DNA of 64,000 nt from positions 11,036 through 75,035 of the forward strand of contig JADKBS010000032.1 of assembly GCA_016714985.1 (NCBI GenBank). Reading direction: 5' to 3'. The notes under the pieces were generated by a model. That model was not told the DNA's origin. It searched no databases and saw nothing but the letters and a program-made list of their open reading frames with translations. Each line of letters begins with the position of its first letter. Within the stretch, counting starts at the first letter, position 1. This DNA comes from Saprospiraceae bacterium (GTDB taxonomy: Bacteria; Bacteroidota; Bacteroidia; Chitinophagales; Saprospiraceae). The translations under genes and the position numbers were made by a program. Below are positions 56,401 through 64,000 of this stretch, in pieces.

Positions 56401-56789
56401 TGCCGCCCGCCGAAGTAGCGGGTAAAGCGGTTGGTGCTGGGGTCATAGTGGTTGAGGCCACTGCCCCAGGTGCCTATCCAAAGCGAACCGTCGCTGGCCG
56501 GGAAGATGCACTCGATATAGTCCCCGGAGATGGAGCGGGGGTTGTTGGGGTCGTGCAGGTAGGTGCGGAACTGGTTGCCGTCCCAGCGGTGCAGGCCGTA
56601 CTGCGAGCCAAACCACATATAGCCGTAGCGATCCTGCACGATGGCCTGAACGTGGTTGCCCGGCTCGCCGTTCGGCAGTTCGAACTGCTGGAGGTCGAGC
56701 GCATCGAGGCGGTTGGTGGGCTGCTGGGCAATTGCCCCCCCGATGGGAAACAGTAGAAGGAGGAATAGCCGGGTGATTGATTTCTTCAT
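53370..56789 (-). CDS. Sensor part of the hybrid two-component system: periplasmic two-component-regulator propellers + Y_Y_Y + TM + HisKA + HATPase_c
   Basis: Repeated 'LW(I/V)GTxxxGLxR(Y/F)' propeller blades, Y_Y_Y 'YQFRVRGANSFGVWGKE', TM 'WWLTWWAWSLYAFMVAGAIFVAY', H-box 'FANITHEFRTPLT' and 'VRDTGPGIPAEKLPKIFDRFFQ...GSGIGLALTKEFVKLMGGEI'. The last ~35 codons (after '...FVVAIPIGDLRLGG') are out-of-frame tail. Confidence 0.85.
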   Translation of the reverse strand: MKKSITRLFLLLLFPIGGAIAQQPTNRLDALDLQQFELPNGEPGNHVQAIVQDRYGYMWFGSQYGLHRWDGNQFRTYLHDPNNPRSISGDYIECIFPASDGSLWIGTWGSGLNHYDPSTNRFTRYFGGRQGLSDNAISAIAEDEDGYIWVGTMGGLDRLNPRTGDIVRYQNIPNDKHSLSCNQVRSLLIDSKGTLWVGTGFFFDGDDAGGLNRFRSETNDFDRFLNKKNDPTTLINNEVRAIYEDKKGNLWVGTDGNGLHRMDKASGSFKRFKNEGDENSLSIPKGNANWRSQVTFLFEDKDGLIWIGNWAGGIKCYDPATGQARIYNSDGKKGSYLRENNAWAGFQSKDGVRWFSTASDGARVYRTAGKRGMFNAVYLPTKTDAVKSICEDGQRNILFSTKENLLGKLSTQPQGGSKAPQYSEQDAALAGSEKIVKGAEGKIWGMKSAGGLVRYDLEHKQAKPFVHQKSDPNSLPAAPLRDVLADKKGNLWLATYGAGLVHFDGKTEQFTALRSKKGDPNSLPHDYTGKLFMDNEGALWITGGGKDATKMPFFITRFAPATHQFTRYKINDVPEGSNFWQSPPAQDENGFIWVCLDAGLLKLNPETGECGFFDQNRFGTKGGHLKGMTMDNDGRLWVLSDKLLAFDPVKETVFSYGGTSGLSALPFEQDAIFKNEEGLVFVGGRSGLHYFDPRQLDSLNTTPPAVRITGFELLDADGPESRYDAAMGQLSPLELRHDENVFNFSFSALDFNDPDANRLEFKLEGFDDEWRVAGQDLKATYVKVPPGTYQFRVRGANSFGVWGKETSVVVAISPPWWLTWWAWSLYAFMVAGAIFVAYRFLLDRRMERQETLRLKELDNAKNRLFANITHEFRTPLTIILGMVENGKLEIEKLRNSEIGASVQQGPSFPISLISNFDLIERNGQNLLGLVNQMLELAKMENGAERLNLQQGDVVGYLKYVTNNFHSMASDKQLGLHFLSDLDELVMDFDAEKLQRVLSNLLSNAVKFTPAGGNVYVSVAQQPGPQGGSPTLLLKVRDTGPGIPAEKLPKIFDRFFQATESAQYQGSGIGLALTKEFVKLMGGEIVARSRGGEGAEFVVAIPIGDLRLGGRVQFLSALDVKRICLRNRLPMRNYKLPFLL
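53466..53481. repeat. Solo copy of the CCCCAATCGTAAATCC 16-mer at the kinase/receiver junction
   Basis: It is identical to 56954-56969. It adjoins the C6 run (53464-53469) where the two HTCS reading frames can be joined. Confidence 0.85.
54042..54134. repeat. 93-bp palindromic double array of GAAATTG(N) units, in-frame inside the kinase coding sequence
   Basis: Left arm: gaaattggaaattaaggaaattgggaaac. The 21-nt spacer tagggccctgctgtaccgaag contains AGGGCCCT. Right arm: ccccaatttccgaatttctcaatttctcaatttccaatttccc, the reverse complement of GAAATTG-type units. It encodes GKLEIEKLRNSEIGASVQQGPSFPISLISNF between the H-box helix and 'LIERNGQNLLGLVNQMLELAK'. Confidence 0.85.
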
Positions 56790-56953
56790 AAAAATCGCAT
56801 TGTGCAGCCCCTGACCTTTAGGGGTCAGGGGCTGCGCATGTATCGAAAAAGCAAAGCGAGCCTACTGCCCACCTTGCCCAAAGATTGTATGAAACTTAAG
56901 TCTTGGATTCCGGTTTTCCGATGTAAGCGGTCAAAAATTGGAAGTAGCAGTAC

Positions 56954-56991
56954 CCCCAATCGTAAATCCGCAATCGTAAATCGTAAATCAC
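56954..56991. repeat. Heptamer-type tandem array (AATCGTAAAT/CGTAAAT units) upstream of the HTCS gene
   Basis: ccccaatcgtaaatccgcaatcgtaaatcgtaaatcac. It begins 165 nt upstream of the HTCS start (56789) and 2 nt beyond the stop of 56993..57409. Confidence 0.85.
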
Positions 56992-56992
56992 T

Positions 56993-57409
56993 TCACTTCC
57001 CCTTCACAAGTTCATCCCCCTGTGCAGCTGGCACTTCCATCTTCTGATGCTTCAAGACCTCCAGTACCCCATTGGAAAGACGTAATGCCTGTATGACCGT
57101 TGCATCTTGCTGGCTGATGGTCAGGGTATAGGTGCCATCGGGCATTCCCTTGAGGTTGAGCCGCTTGGCGAACCCTGCCTTCCGACTGACGTACTGCGAG
57201 AACCAGTTGTTACCGTTCACATCTTGCAATAGGACAAGCGTACCCTTCTTTTCCAAATTGGCCAGCCGAAGATCGAGCGAAGTGCTGTTGTCAGCCGATT
57301 TTTCGATGCTCACCAAAAGGCGACTGAGCGGGCTTGGCATTTGGTTGGCGAAGGTGGTGACTGCTCCAAACAGCAGCATTGCGACGATCAACTTGATTGT
57401 TTTTTTCAT
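56993..57409 (-). CDS. Small secreted hypothetical protein
   Basis: The ATG at 57409 gives MKKTIKLIVAMLLFGAVTTFANQ (signal peptide). 138 aa. No family recognised. Confidence 0.55.
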   Translation of the reverse strand: MKKTIKLIVAMLLFGAVTTFANQMPSPLSRLLVSIEKSADNSTSLDLRLANLEKKGTLVLLQDVNGNNWFSQYVSRKAGFAKRLNLKGMPDGTYTLTISQQDATVIQALRLSNGVLEVLKHQKMEVPAAQGDELVKGK

Positions 57410-57706
57410 GTCGGATGATTTTTGGATGCTGGATATTGGATACTGTTGGGTAGAACAGGAGCCAAGCGCAAGCATCGGTTAGTTGTCTCGCAAAGATGTG
57501 GTCGGTGCTATGGTCCTCGTTCGGACAGATGGGCCAAGGTATGGGATGAATCGCCCATTAGAGTGGGACGGGTATTGCCAATATGGCAATAGTATTGTTT
57601 TTACATGGCAAGGAGGTACCTTTTAGGAAGTAGTACTAACTGTTCTGTTGAATTTGATGGGAAAATTGGGACGAATGAACTGAAAAAGCACTTGATGGGT
57701 GAAAGC

Positions 57707-57742
57707 AAAAAAAAATGCCGAACCTGATTCCTCAGGCTCGGC
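57707..57742 (-). terminator. Strong intrinsic terminator on the minus strand with no convincing gene upstream
   Basis: The minus strand reads GCCGAGCCTGA-GGAA-TCAGGTTCGGC (11-bp stem with one G-U) followed by ATTTTTTTTT (A-run 57707-57715 on the plus strand). Confidence 0.65.
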
Positions 57743-58171
57743 AAATGCGATTTCGTGTTTATCTCTTTGGAAAAATCTGGCGGTACAAATAATATTGTGA
57801 TTACCTATCCGCCAGATATATTTAAAGATCTTAGTTGTAAGTACTGTGTTTGGGCGAACCAATGAATTGATTCAAAATGCTTGGACTAATTCAGTGGTCA
57901 AAACGATTCCACATTGAAAATTTGTCTTAAATAGTGTGGTACTGGTTTTCAGATTTGAATACATGACAAAGGTAGGTGCAGAAGATAGACGCTCAAAATC
58001 CAAAAAAGCAATCAATGTTCCTGAAAATAAGGAAAAAATAGTGGGTTTCAAGTGAGATGTACCGCTAATAACCAATTGACTGACAATAATTTGTAATCTA
58101 TTCTATCAAATGAGGCTTGTTCAGAAAAATTGCTAATTTTGACCTTGATTGGTGAAACAAATACGCAACAC

Positions 58172-59052
58172 ATGTTGGACTACAAACTCATAAAACTGAT
58201 GCAGGTACTGACTTCCAAAGAACTATTGGAGCTAGAAAAGCAGTTGGCAGTACCGTTCTACCATGCAAATGAAGATGTTTTGAAGCTATTCGCCAAACTT
58301 TGCAAATACCATCCCAGTTTTGACCACCCAAAACTCTCCAAAGCACAACTTTACGCCAAAGTTTACGGCAAGGCCCCCTACCACGACGGCAAGATGCGCA
58401 AACTGATGACCCAGTTGACGCAGTTGATTGAGCAGTACTTGGTGTCGAAAGAACTCGATGCTTCGGAGGATGTCAAGGCCAAGCTGTTGGCCCGCTCCTT
58501 GGCTGGAAGGCAGAACTACGACTTGTTCTTGGATGTAGTAGATGCCCGGTTGAAGGAATTGGAAAAGGGTGTGGAGCGGGGGAGGGATTATTTCAGGGAG
58601 GGGTTCGAGCTGTCGGAGATGATTTACTATCATCCAAGTTCTGGGAAATTGGCCAAGCGCGCAGATTATTATGATAAAGCGCTAAACGACCTGGAGCGGT
58701 TCTTTACTTTGGTGCTACTTCAGAATGAAGCCAATAATGTTGTGAGGACACGATTGGTTCGTGAAAAAGGTTCCCGTGTTTATTTGGATACTGCACTTGA
58801 AGCAGTTAAGATAGAAGTCTTTCATCTAATCTTCCTATTCAATTTTTCAGGCACATCATAATGCTGCTAAAAGGAGAGGTGGATGAAAACGTTGTTGAAC
58901 TCCGAGAAAAAGCATTTGAGGTATTCAACAATTTGGGTCGATTCGAAAAAGATTTAGCCATCAGCTTACTTAGGAACTATGCGGTTCCTAAATCTAATCA
59001 AGGTTCAGAATATCACAGAAAATTTGTTTTTGATCTTTATAAATGGAACTGA
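58172..59052 (+). pseudogene. Decayed gene for a helical protein of unknown function. Further broken remains probably extend to about 59.8 kb.
   Basis: MLDYKLIKLMQVLTSKELLELEKQLAVPFYHANEDVLKLF... reads well to about 58815. Frame 1 then continues (…NLPIQFFRHIIMLLKGEVDENVVELREKAFEVF…) to 59052. Downstream, every frame is interrupted every 20-60 codons, and no ORF of 60 aa or more exists on either strand in 59053-60642. Confidence 0.55.
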
Positions 59053-60374
59053 ACAAGGATTACTGTCAAATGCAATCAGGCTCTGCAGCTTTTATGAACA
59101 TTCGGCTATTGGGTAAGCGTAGGTGAACTTGAATGGGTTAACCAATTTTCTCTGAGTTCAGTGACTATCTTCCTGAAAACGAAAGGGATATGAGCCTTCA
59201 TTGTAAGGGGCTTTGGTTGCATTATTACCATGGCTTGAAAATTAATGAGCATAAGAGGCTTTACTTATGCAAATGGGCTTTAATGAATAGGCAGGTAATC
59301 CCATATAAGAACTGGCCCTCTTTACGAATTAAGGGTAAGGCCAGATATGCTAAAAATACATTATGAAATTTTTATTAGAGGCAAAGAAGCAATAGAAGAA
59401 GTTTTGAACCAAGTCAGAAACTTCGAAAGCGTAATGTTTGGGTAACAATATTTTAGAGCTTATCAAGAATCTCTATTCTGAATACCGTATCATCATTTTG
59501 AAAACTTTATAAAATAATTGTACGGGTTACTTAGAAACCATTGACTTGAAAAAGTCGAATATCCAAGAAGTAATAAAGTCTTTGAGCGTTTTAAATGAAG
59601 ATATTGCTTTTAAACCTTGTCGTTAGACAAAAATCTAAACAAGATTAGCTGAAATCAGTTAAATTCTGTTTCTGGATATTATCAAGATTGATTCTAATAT
59701 AATCATCCCAACCTTTGGCTTTGGATTAATCAGAACTACTCTCTCCCACTGCCATCCGTTCCCCCCTTCAACTGCAATTGCTGGGCGATTACAATTCCCT
59801 TGGCCTCAAAAGCTGCGAATGTAGTTTTTGTGTTTTTGACTAACATGGTAAAATGATTTTGCCTGTAGCAACGCTACAGCTTGGTTAATGAATAAATACC
59901 ACGCTCCACCCAGTGGCAAGACTCATCCTGCACTGGCCATGAAGGAAATGGCTTTGTTTGAGTACTTCCTTTCTAAAGATGGATGAACCATCCAACTATT
60001 TTTTTACAGCCTTGTATGGGTTAGAGATGGTGGGACTGGCGCAAGCAACTGCGCTTGGCCTACACGGTGTATGGCGCTAAATGTCAGTTCAAATTACCCG
60101 CTGTGTCCGTAAATTTTTTCTGGCCCATTCTTGTTCAACAAACAATTGCATCGAGTTGCGATAACGATTAATTACAAGAAGGGAATACAGTGCTATGGGA
60201 ATGTGAAAGCCAAATGGGAAAAGTGCCAGGATTGAAAAACGCTGCAAAGTTCAGGGCAATGCTTTTCCGAAAAAAGTGCAAAGTCTATCTTCTGTGACGC
60301 TCAAACCCACAATCACATTAAAGAACCGATTGATGGCCGCACACCCCCCCAACAGGGAGGGTGTCAAAGAGAAA

Positions 60375-60390
60375 TTTGTAATATTACAAA
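60375..60390. promoter_or_regulatory. Perfect 16-bp palindrome TTTGTAATATTACAAA, about 250 nt upstream of the giant adhesin gene
   Basis: Read directly. The sequence is self-complementary over all 16 positions, and no other copy was seen in the window. Confidence 0.35.
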
Positions 60391-60642
60391 AATAAATAAT
60401 TTGTTGGCAAGGTCTTTGCCGTGCTAAACATGCAAATAATTTTTAATTCGAAACATGCGGATTGGCTTCGCTTTTTATTGGCCAAAAATCCGCGGGCTTG
60501 TTTCCCTCCAACCGATTTTGACACCTTCCATACTGCGAGAATTACCTACACCGATGGCTTGCTGATTTTTTTATAGCTAACTGATAATCAATGCTTTTTG
60601 ACGTTGGCAAGCTGAGGCAGAACAAATTTTAATCCTTTTGAC

Positions 60643-63600
60643 GTGAAATACTTAAACCTGACATGGGCTGTTTTTGCCTGCCTGTCGTTTGCCAACCTTC
60701 TGCAGGGTCAATGTACCTTGGCTTGCAGCGACTTGGTCAACATATCACTTCCGCAGGACGGCTTTGTCGTCGTCACCGAGGCAATGGTGCTCAACGGCCC
60801 ACACCCTTTTTGCCCAGGGCCAAAGACCATCACTGTCACATCCTCCTTCGGTGACAACCTGAACGATACTGTGACATGCGACCAGTTGAATTTAACGCTC
60901 ATGTACAGCGTTTTTGACCAAAATTCTGGAAGCTCGTGTTGGGGAAGCCTTTTTATTCAAGATTATATACCCCCTGTCATCACCTGTAACGACCTCACGG
61001 TTGACTGTACGGACAACCTCGCACCCAACAGCTTAGGCTTCGCCACCGTCACCGACAACTGCGACGACGACCCCATAGTGAACTTCAGTGGCGAGCCAGT
61101 GCTACAGCCTTGCAACAGCCCCTTTACTGCCATACTCATGCGCACCTGGCATGCTTCCGATGCCAGTGGCAACCACGCCATGCCGTGTGTCCAAAAAATC
61201 AACGTAAAGCGCCCCAGCTTCGCCGATGTCGTTTTTCCGCTCAATCGGGATGGCATCCAATCACCTGCCATCCCCTGTGGCCCCAATCCAAATACCAGCC
61301 CCAACGCTACTGGCGTGCCTACCATTGACGGCAAGGCCGTGGTAGGTTTCTGCAAAATGGTCGTCACCTACGAAGACCTGAACCTCGGCGGCTGCGCCAA
61401 CGAAAAAACCATCATCCGCTCTTGGTCGGTACTGAACTGCTGCACCAATGCGGTGCTGGAACACAATCAGATCATCAGGGTGGCAGACGACATTGGCCCC
61501 GTTATGACTTGCCTCGACACGCTGGTATTCAGTGCCAACAGCCCCAACTGCACGGGCATTTTCTTCCTGCCCGCCATGTCGGCCACCGACAACTGCTCAT
61601 CGGCCATCACTTGGCGCACCCTGTCGCCTTGGGGGGTATTGCAAGGCAATGGAGGAATGATATACGCTGCACCTATCGGCACCTATACGGTCACTTATGA
61701 GGCCAAGGATGCCTGCGGCAATGTTTCCACTTGCCCCGTCAAGGTCATCGTCGCCGACAATGTGGCACCCGTAGCCATTTGCCGGGAATACACCGTAACC
61801 GCACTCAGCAGCTCGGGCTTTTCAAACATAGCGGCCAGCCTGCTCGACAACGGCAGCTACGATGCCTGTTGCACCAATGTCACATTGCTCGCAAAGCGGA
61901 TGGATGCGCCCGCCAATGCGCCCTTCACACCCTCCGTCCAATTTACCTGCGCCGATGCTGGCAAGCACATACCAGTCATCGTACAAGTGACAGATTGCAA
62001 GGGCAACAAAAACACCTGCATGGTACAAGTGGAAGTACAGGACAAGACGGCACCTGCGCTCGTTTGCCCGGGCACGAAAACAATACCATGCTCGACACTA
62101 CTGCCCCCACCAACCACGCTTACGGGTGCACCTACCATCACAGAGGCTTGCGGGCTTGACACCATCTATTTCGCCGATGTCAACAACTTGAACATGTGCC
62201 GGGTAGGCAAAATTACCCGCACCTTCACGGCCATTGACAATTTCGGCTGGTCGGGCACCTGTACCCAGACCATCAATCTGGTGGACAATACCCCGTTGAA
62301 GTTCTTCTTCCCACCCGATACCGTGGTGAGCTGCAACCAACCGCTCGACGACCTACAGGCAGGCTCGCCCTCCGTGGTTTCTGATTGTGAAATGGTTGGC
62401 CTTAATGTCAGTGACCTCATCGTGCCCGTCAACTGTGGACTTAAAATATACAGGACTTATTCCTACCTCGAATGGTGTACTGGGTTTGATACTTCCTATA
62501 CCCAGTTGATAAGGGTGACAGACAATGCTGGCCCGGTCTGGAACGAACCCGTGGGCTTTCACGACAGGACCTTCCAATGTGCAGCTGGGGTGGCACTGCC
62601 CCCGCCACCCACGGCCACCGACTATTGCGGCACGGCCACGGTCTCGCTCCTGACCGACATCACGACGCCGGGCAGTTGTACGAACCGCTTCATACGGGTG
62701 CTTACCTTCAGGGCCGTGGACAACTGCGGCAACCTATCTGTGCCCTATACCCAGACCATTGTGGTCAATGACCAGACAGGGCCAACGGCATTGCCAATGC
62801 CCACCATCGGGCCTTTCAATTGCTATTCAGGAATACCTGCGCCCAACGTCAACGACGTATTGGGGGAGTCCGACAACTGTGTGGGGCCAGTTACCGTCAC
62901 TTGGGTGTCGGATGGCCCCAATCCAGGCTGTTCTGGTACGGTCATCCGTACCTACCGCTTACAGGATGCCTGTGGCAATAGCTCGAACATCACCCAACAA
63001 ATACTCATCAAAGACAACACGCCACCGACAGCCCCACCACTCCCCAACCAGTCGTTTGCTTGTGCGAGCCAGATTCCTGCTCCTGACGTGAACGTTGTCG
63101 TGGGCGAATCCGACAACTGCGGTGGCAATGTGACGGTCACCTTCGTTGGCGACGTGGGAAGCCCAGGCTGTTCAGGCACGGTAACCCGTACCTACAGGCT
63201 GACTGATGCCTGTGGCAACGCTTCGAACATTGCGCAGCTATTTAATGTCAATGACAACGTGGCCCCGACGCCCATTTGGACGGATACGATCGAAACCGTT
63301 ATAGTCGGCCTTACGTGCGAGAAGTTCGTAACGGTCACGGCCTCCGCAACGGACAATTGTCCCGGCAACTCGGTCGCCATCACCAACAGCTTCAATGCAA
63401 ATGGAGCCAATGCAAGCGGCCTGTACCCCGTAGGACAGACCATCGTGACCTTTAACTTCACCGATGGTTGTGGGAACTCCGTGCAGCGACAAACGGTCGT
63501 CATCGTCTCGGAGACCATAGCACCTAGCAACTTCTGTATGCCGTTCGACGCATCGCTCGATTCGACTGGGCTTTTTGTTCTTGACCTACAGGCACTTATC

Positions 63601-64000
63601 TTAGATAGCATCCTCGGGGGACAAGACCTTTGCACCCCCGTCACCTTCCAACTCAACCTCGACACCCTGACCTGCGACAGCATGGACCTGGATACCCTGC
63701 CAAGCGGTGATGTAGTAATTGTTGACCCGACTGTGGTGCCTTATGAACTGACGGTGACCGATGCCTTCGGCAATTCGTCCCACTGTGCCAACTCCATCAT
63801 ACTGGCCGACCCGACGGATGCCTGCTCTTCCGACGATCCACTGGTGGTGAGCGGACGCATTTTCAATGAATACCTGCAACCGCTCAGGGGCATAGAAGTA
63901 CAGCTAATGGACAATGGCAGCATGGAACAGGCCTTCACCGCTGACTTTGGCATGTTCCGCTTTCAGGGTATGACCGCTGGCATGAGCTGCGAGCTGCGGC
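60643..64000 (+). CDS. Giant cysteine-rich repeat adhesin (HYR-like / 'TDNC' repeat modules), 3' end beyond the window. Not in the supplied ORF track.
   Basis: I translated frame 1 codon by codon from 60616 to 64000. There is a stop at 60613-60615 and none afterwards. The GTG at 60643 gives (M)KYLNLTWAVFACLSFANLLQGQC, a good signal peptide. Modules of the form '..PP/AP..C..d..v.C....P......(A/V)TDNC....v.......C.....i.RT(W/Y)...DA(C/S)GN...C.Q.I.V.D' recur at least 8 times (ATVTDNCDDD, SATDNCSSA, ESDNCVGP, ESDNCGGN, SATDNCPGN and others). Confidence 0.85.
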   Translation, partial: MKYLNLTWAVFACLSFANLLQGQCTLACSDLVNISLPQDGFVVVTEAMVLNGPHPFCPGPKTITVTSSFGDNLNDTVTCDQLNLTLMYSVFDQNSGSSCWGSLFIQDYIPPVITCNDLTVDCTDNLAPNSLGFATVTDNCDDDPIVNFSGEPVLQPCNSPFTAILMRTWHASDASGNHAMPCVQKINVKRPSFADVVFPLNRDGIQSPAIPCGPNPNTSPNATGVPTIDGKAVVGFCKMVVTYEDLNLGGCANEKTIIRSWSVLNCCTNAVLEHNQIIRVADDIGPVMTCLDTLVFSANSPNCTGIFFLPAMSATDNCSSAITWRTLSPWGVLQGNGGMIYAAPIGTYTVTYEAKDACGNVSTCPVKVIVADNVAPVAICREYTVTALSSSGFSNIAASLLDNGSYDACCTNVTLLAKRMDAPANAPFTPSVQFTCADAGKHIPVIVQVTDCKGNKNTCMVQVEVQDKTAPALVCPGTKTIPCSTLLPPPTTLTGAPTITEACGLDTIYFADVNNLNMCRVGKITRTFTAIDNFGWSGTCTQTINLVDNTPLKFFFPPDTVVSCNQPLDDLQAGSPSVVSDCEMVGLNVSDLIVPVNCGLKIYRTYSYLEWCTGFDTSYTQLIRVTDNAGPVWNEPVGFHDRTFQCAAGVALPPPPTATDYCGTATVSLLTDITTPGSCTNRFIRVLTFRAVDNCGNLSVPYTQTIVVNDQTGPTALPMPTIGPFNCYSGIPAPNVNDVLGESDNCVGPVTVTWVSDGPNPGCSGTVIRTYRLQDACGNSSNITQQILIKDNTPPTAPPLPNQSFACASQIPAPDVNVVVGESDNCGGNVTVTFVGDVGSPGCSGTVTRTYRLTDACGNASNIAQLFNVNDNVAPTPIWTDTIETVIVGLTCEKFVTVTASATDNCPGNSVAITNSFNANGANASGLYPVGQTIVTFNFTDGCGNSVQRQTVVIVSETIAPSNFCMPFDASLDSTGLFVLDLQALILDSILGGQDLCTPVTFQLNLDTLTCDSMDLDTLPSGDVVIVDPTVVPYELTVTDAFGNSSHCANSIILADPTDACSSDDPLVVSGRIFNEYLQPLRGIEVQLMDNGSMEQAFTADFGMFRFQGMTAGMSCELR

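Noticed and set aside
55749-56756. 335-aa plus-strand ORF
   Set aside because: It is antisense to the propeller region of the HTCS sensor, and its repetitive Val/Ala/Gly composition mirrors the repeats on the coding strand.
57574-57592. ATTGCC-N5-GGCAAT inverted repeat (possible operator)
   Set aside because: The half-sites are short, there is a single occurrence, and no adjacent gene start links it to anything.
57623-58075. ORFs 57623..57862 and 57872..58075 (minus strand)
   Set aside because: The first would be translated straight through a strong intrinsic terminator. The second lies in AT-rich sequence and has no signal or motif. Neither is convincing as a gene.
1-64000. Search for rRNA, tRNA, tmRNA, RNase P, transposase, integrase and phage structural genes
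   Set aside because: I saw no T-psi-C-type GGTTCGAATCC-like motifs in a tRNA context, no rRNA-like conserved blocks and no DDE, tyrosine- or serine-recombinase or capsid/terminase motifs in any listed ORF. This is an absence call by eye only.

Overview
This window reads as a chromosomal segment from a Bacteroidota-type organism. That is an inference from many T9SS/Por C-terminal sorting domains, a propeller-type hybrid two-component system with an AraC output, a TonB-dependent receptor and many lipoprotein signal peptides. Hand counts on sample lines give about 55-60% GC, with two clearly lower-GC patches. I can support about 55 protein-coding genes or gene remnants. I found no rRNA, tRNA, CRISPR array, transposase or integrase. 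Content includes ada, nhaD, a DsbA-like oxidoreductase, a GMC oxidoreductase, a B1 metallo-beta-lactamase-like gene and a YCII + ECF-sigma pair, plus many small membrane proteins and lipoproteins and four very large secreted T9SS cargo/adhesin genes. One of the large genes (60643 to beyond 64000, GTG start) is missing from the supplied ORF track because it has no stop inside the window. The strongest hunt result is an accessory islet at about 34.9-40.3 kb, wedged between two convergent giant genes. It holds a TIR-like/NB-ARC/TPR STAND NTPase (NLR-like) with a helical N-terminal module, two frame breaks and an internal low-GC block. Diverged orphan copies of that gene's own N- and C-termini sit beside it. 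The two C-terminal copies bracket a 4-nt-overlapping two-gene module: a DUF2281-like antitoxin plus an unrecognised 179-aa partner with a possible CcdB/MazF-like motif order. Unrelated gene stubs lie at both edges of the islet. A second theme is a set of short (7-9 nt) tandem-repeat arrays arranged as inverted arms. One pair encloses a four-helix-bundle (23S-IVS-type) gene inserted between the YCII and sigma genes. One cargo-less copy sits in-frame inside the histidine-kinase DHp region, and further arrays abut stop or start codons. A third theme is at least 8 split genes. Most breaks fall at homopolymer runs, so consensus error must be excluded before calling pseudogenes. There is also a 3-kb low-GC patch containing a truly decayed gene. 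All family names come from motif recognition by eye, not from database searches.
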